In this document: positions 63,101-64,000 of the stretch, one piece after another
Layout of the letters: the number at the start of each line of letters is the position of its first letter
How positions within the stretch are numbered: the stretch's first letter is position 1
DNA from: Heterodontus francisci
Lineage: Eukaryota
Direction of reading: 5' to 3'
Assembly (NCBI RefSeq): GCF_036365525.1
Contig: NW_027140825.1
Location: 1,116,001 to 1,180,000, forward strand
DNA: 64,000 nucleotides
Notes under the pieces: generated by a model
Told to the model about the DNA's origin: nothing
The model's input: only the letters and a program-made list of their open reading frames with translations
Database searches by the model: none
Translations under genes and position numbers: made by a program

Positions 63101-63516
63101 AGTGCTGGACAGTGAATGTAAATCTGATATTTTAAAGACGGAAATTACCCTGTAACCAGCCTGTGGCACGTGTGGAGCAGTGAAAATCTGGGACAACAGT
63201 GTCCGGAATCTTCCATCCACCAGAACTGAAACAATAATCACAGAGTCAGTCCCTGAACTGATGGTAAATATTAACTGTTAGAGAGACTGGGAACAACAGA
63301 TAGTGCCAGAAACTGGGGGAAATCCATTACTCCTCCCTCATTAACTGATTTACCCAGAATTTGTTCCTTTACATTACCTTTTAAATCTGTACCATCCTTG
63401 AGCAAGATTATCATCACACTTCTCCTGACCGGAGCCCACAGTGACATCACAATCGATGCTCCTCCAGGGCTGGTCCAGGACTGTGTGATTTACACACGGG
63501 TCAGTGAGTGTGGAGT
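51182..63516 (-). CDS. Partial multi-exon gene with tandem UMOD/GP2/OIT3-type D8C (D10C) domains; 5' end outside window; may be a pseudogene
   Basis: Phase-compatible GT/AG exons: 63516-63378, 63225-63149, 63054-62890 (domain A); 60080-59942, 59655-59579, 59484-59323 (domain B); 58919-58824 (S/T/E linker); probable terminal exons 52788-52731, 52063-51978, 51277-51182. Motifs DPC.N.T.LD.PWRS, CD.N...GWYRF, GWL.GSHP, VTRTVC, KNC..YFVYEL and AYCT. The exons between 58824 and 52788 are uncertain. Confidence 0.75.
53400..53745 (-). mobile_element. CR1 ORF2 endonuclease N-terminal fragment
   Basis: CVYMDARTVVNK..EL...YDVVAIT..WL and IPDYKVFRKER...KGGGV motifs. Confidence 0.8.
53750..55075 (+). mobile_element. 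CR1 RT/3' fragment interrupted by a Penelope-type tail (54323-54425) and a V-SINE
   Basis: PLFFLMYINDID, ADDTK and RRLRGDLI motifs; the 54323-54425 insert is flanked by a CAGAACTAGA direct repeat. Confidence 0.8.
54533..54883 (-). mobile_element. HE1-like V-SINE
   Basis: tRNA-like head GGCACAGTGGTTAGCACTGC, V-domain TGTGTGGAGTTTGCA..TTCTCCC..GTCTGCGTGGGTTT..TCCGGGTGCTCCGGTTTCCTCCCAC, and a CR1-like tail. Confidence 0.85.
55200..58735. repeat. ~23-bp minisatellite (CAGTCACTG[T/C]ATC[A/C]CACTCCCCT), ~3.5 kb
   Basis: Visible tandem repeat with strong strand skew. Confidence 0.95.
60194..61250. repeat. Second array of the same ~23-bp minisatellite, intronic
   Basis: Same unit as 55200-58735. 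Confidence 0.95.
61270..62600 (+). mobile_element. LINE ORF2 fragment (endonuclease end to RT start), intronic, with a Penelope-type tail insert at ~61819-61910
   Basis: EPTRGENILDFILTN, GPDNIP..VLK.CA.EL, NYRPISLLS and QFGFR motifs with stops. Confidence 0.88.
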
Positions 63517-64000
63517 CTGTGACTGAGTGACAGAAAGATGTTTAATGTTAATATAAAGTACAGTTAATGTTACACAGCGCCTTGTACCCTCCCGAAATAC
63601 CAATCATCTCAGTTTCACCCTCCGCCCTGGTCGAAACCCCCCAGATTAAAGCTGGAAAATGTCCTCCTTCTCTAAACTGGGTTTCCATCTGTCTCCCAGC
63701 TCAGCCTCCCCCTCTAACTCGCTGTTCACAGACAGTCCTCCCTATTCTAGATTAACCACCAGCTCTCAGGTCACAGAAAGCAGTAAATATCTCAGCTTCA
63801 CTTCATCCCAGTAGGAAAGATGTAAAGTGGAGGAGGAGCGAGAACTGCCAGGTGGAGCACAAGCGACCCAGTGTGACTGGTGGGTCCTGCAGAGGGAACG
63901 TGTAGTCTCAAAACCAACAACAACCTGCGTTTATGTACTGCCTTTGATGTAATAAAATGTCCCAAAGCACTTCATCGGTGTGTTACCATCCCGAACTGAC

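Overview
Vertebrate genomic DNA, most likely a cartilaginous fish (HE1-type V-SINE, CR1/L2/Penelope debris, shark-like V segments). Bases ~400-44,200 are the distal end of a T-cell receptor beta variable (TRBV) array. It holds 17 V segments, all on the minus strand, each typically a leader exon, intron, V exon and 23-bp-spacer RSS. Nine look intact, one has lost its splice acceptor and seven are defective. No D, J or C segments are in the window. The most notable non-coding structure is a set of tandem 45-bp repeats starting ~20-40 bp beyond the RSS nonamer of one V family (6, 6 and ~36 copies). Each unit carries a CTCF-consensus core, and all point the same way, toward the presumed D-J-C end. 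A second family, similar to mammalian TRBV30, is expanded and carries single degenerate CTCF-like motifs in the same orientation. Beyond the V array (51-64 kb) lies the 3' part of a minus-strand gene with at least two tandem UMOD/GP2-type D8C(D10C) domains, Ser/Thr/Glu-rich linkers and no visible ZP domain; its middle exons may be damaged. The rest is retroelement fragments, mini/microsatellites and three assembly gaps. All calls are by eye; no searches were run.
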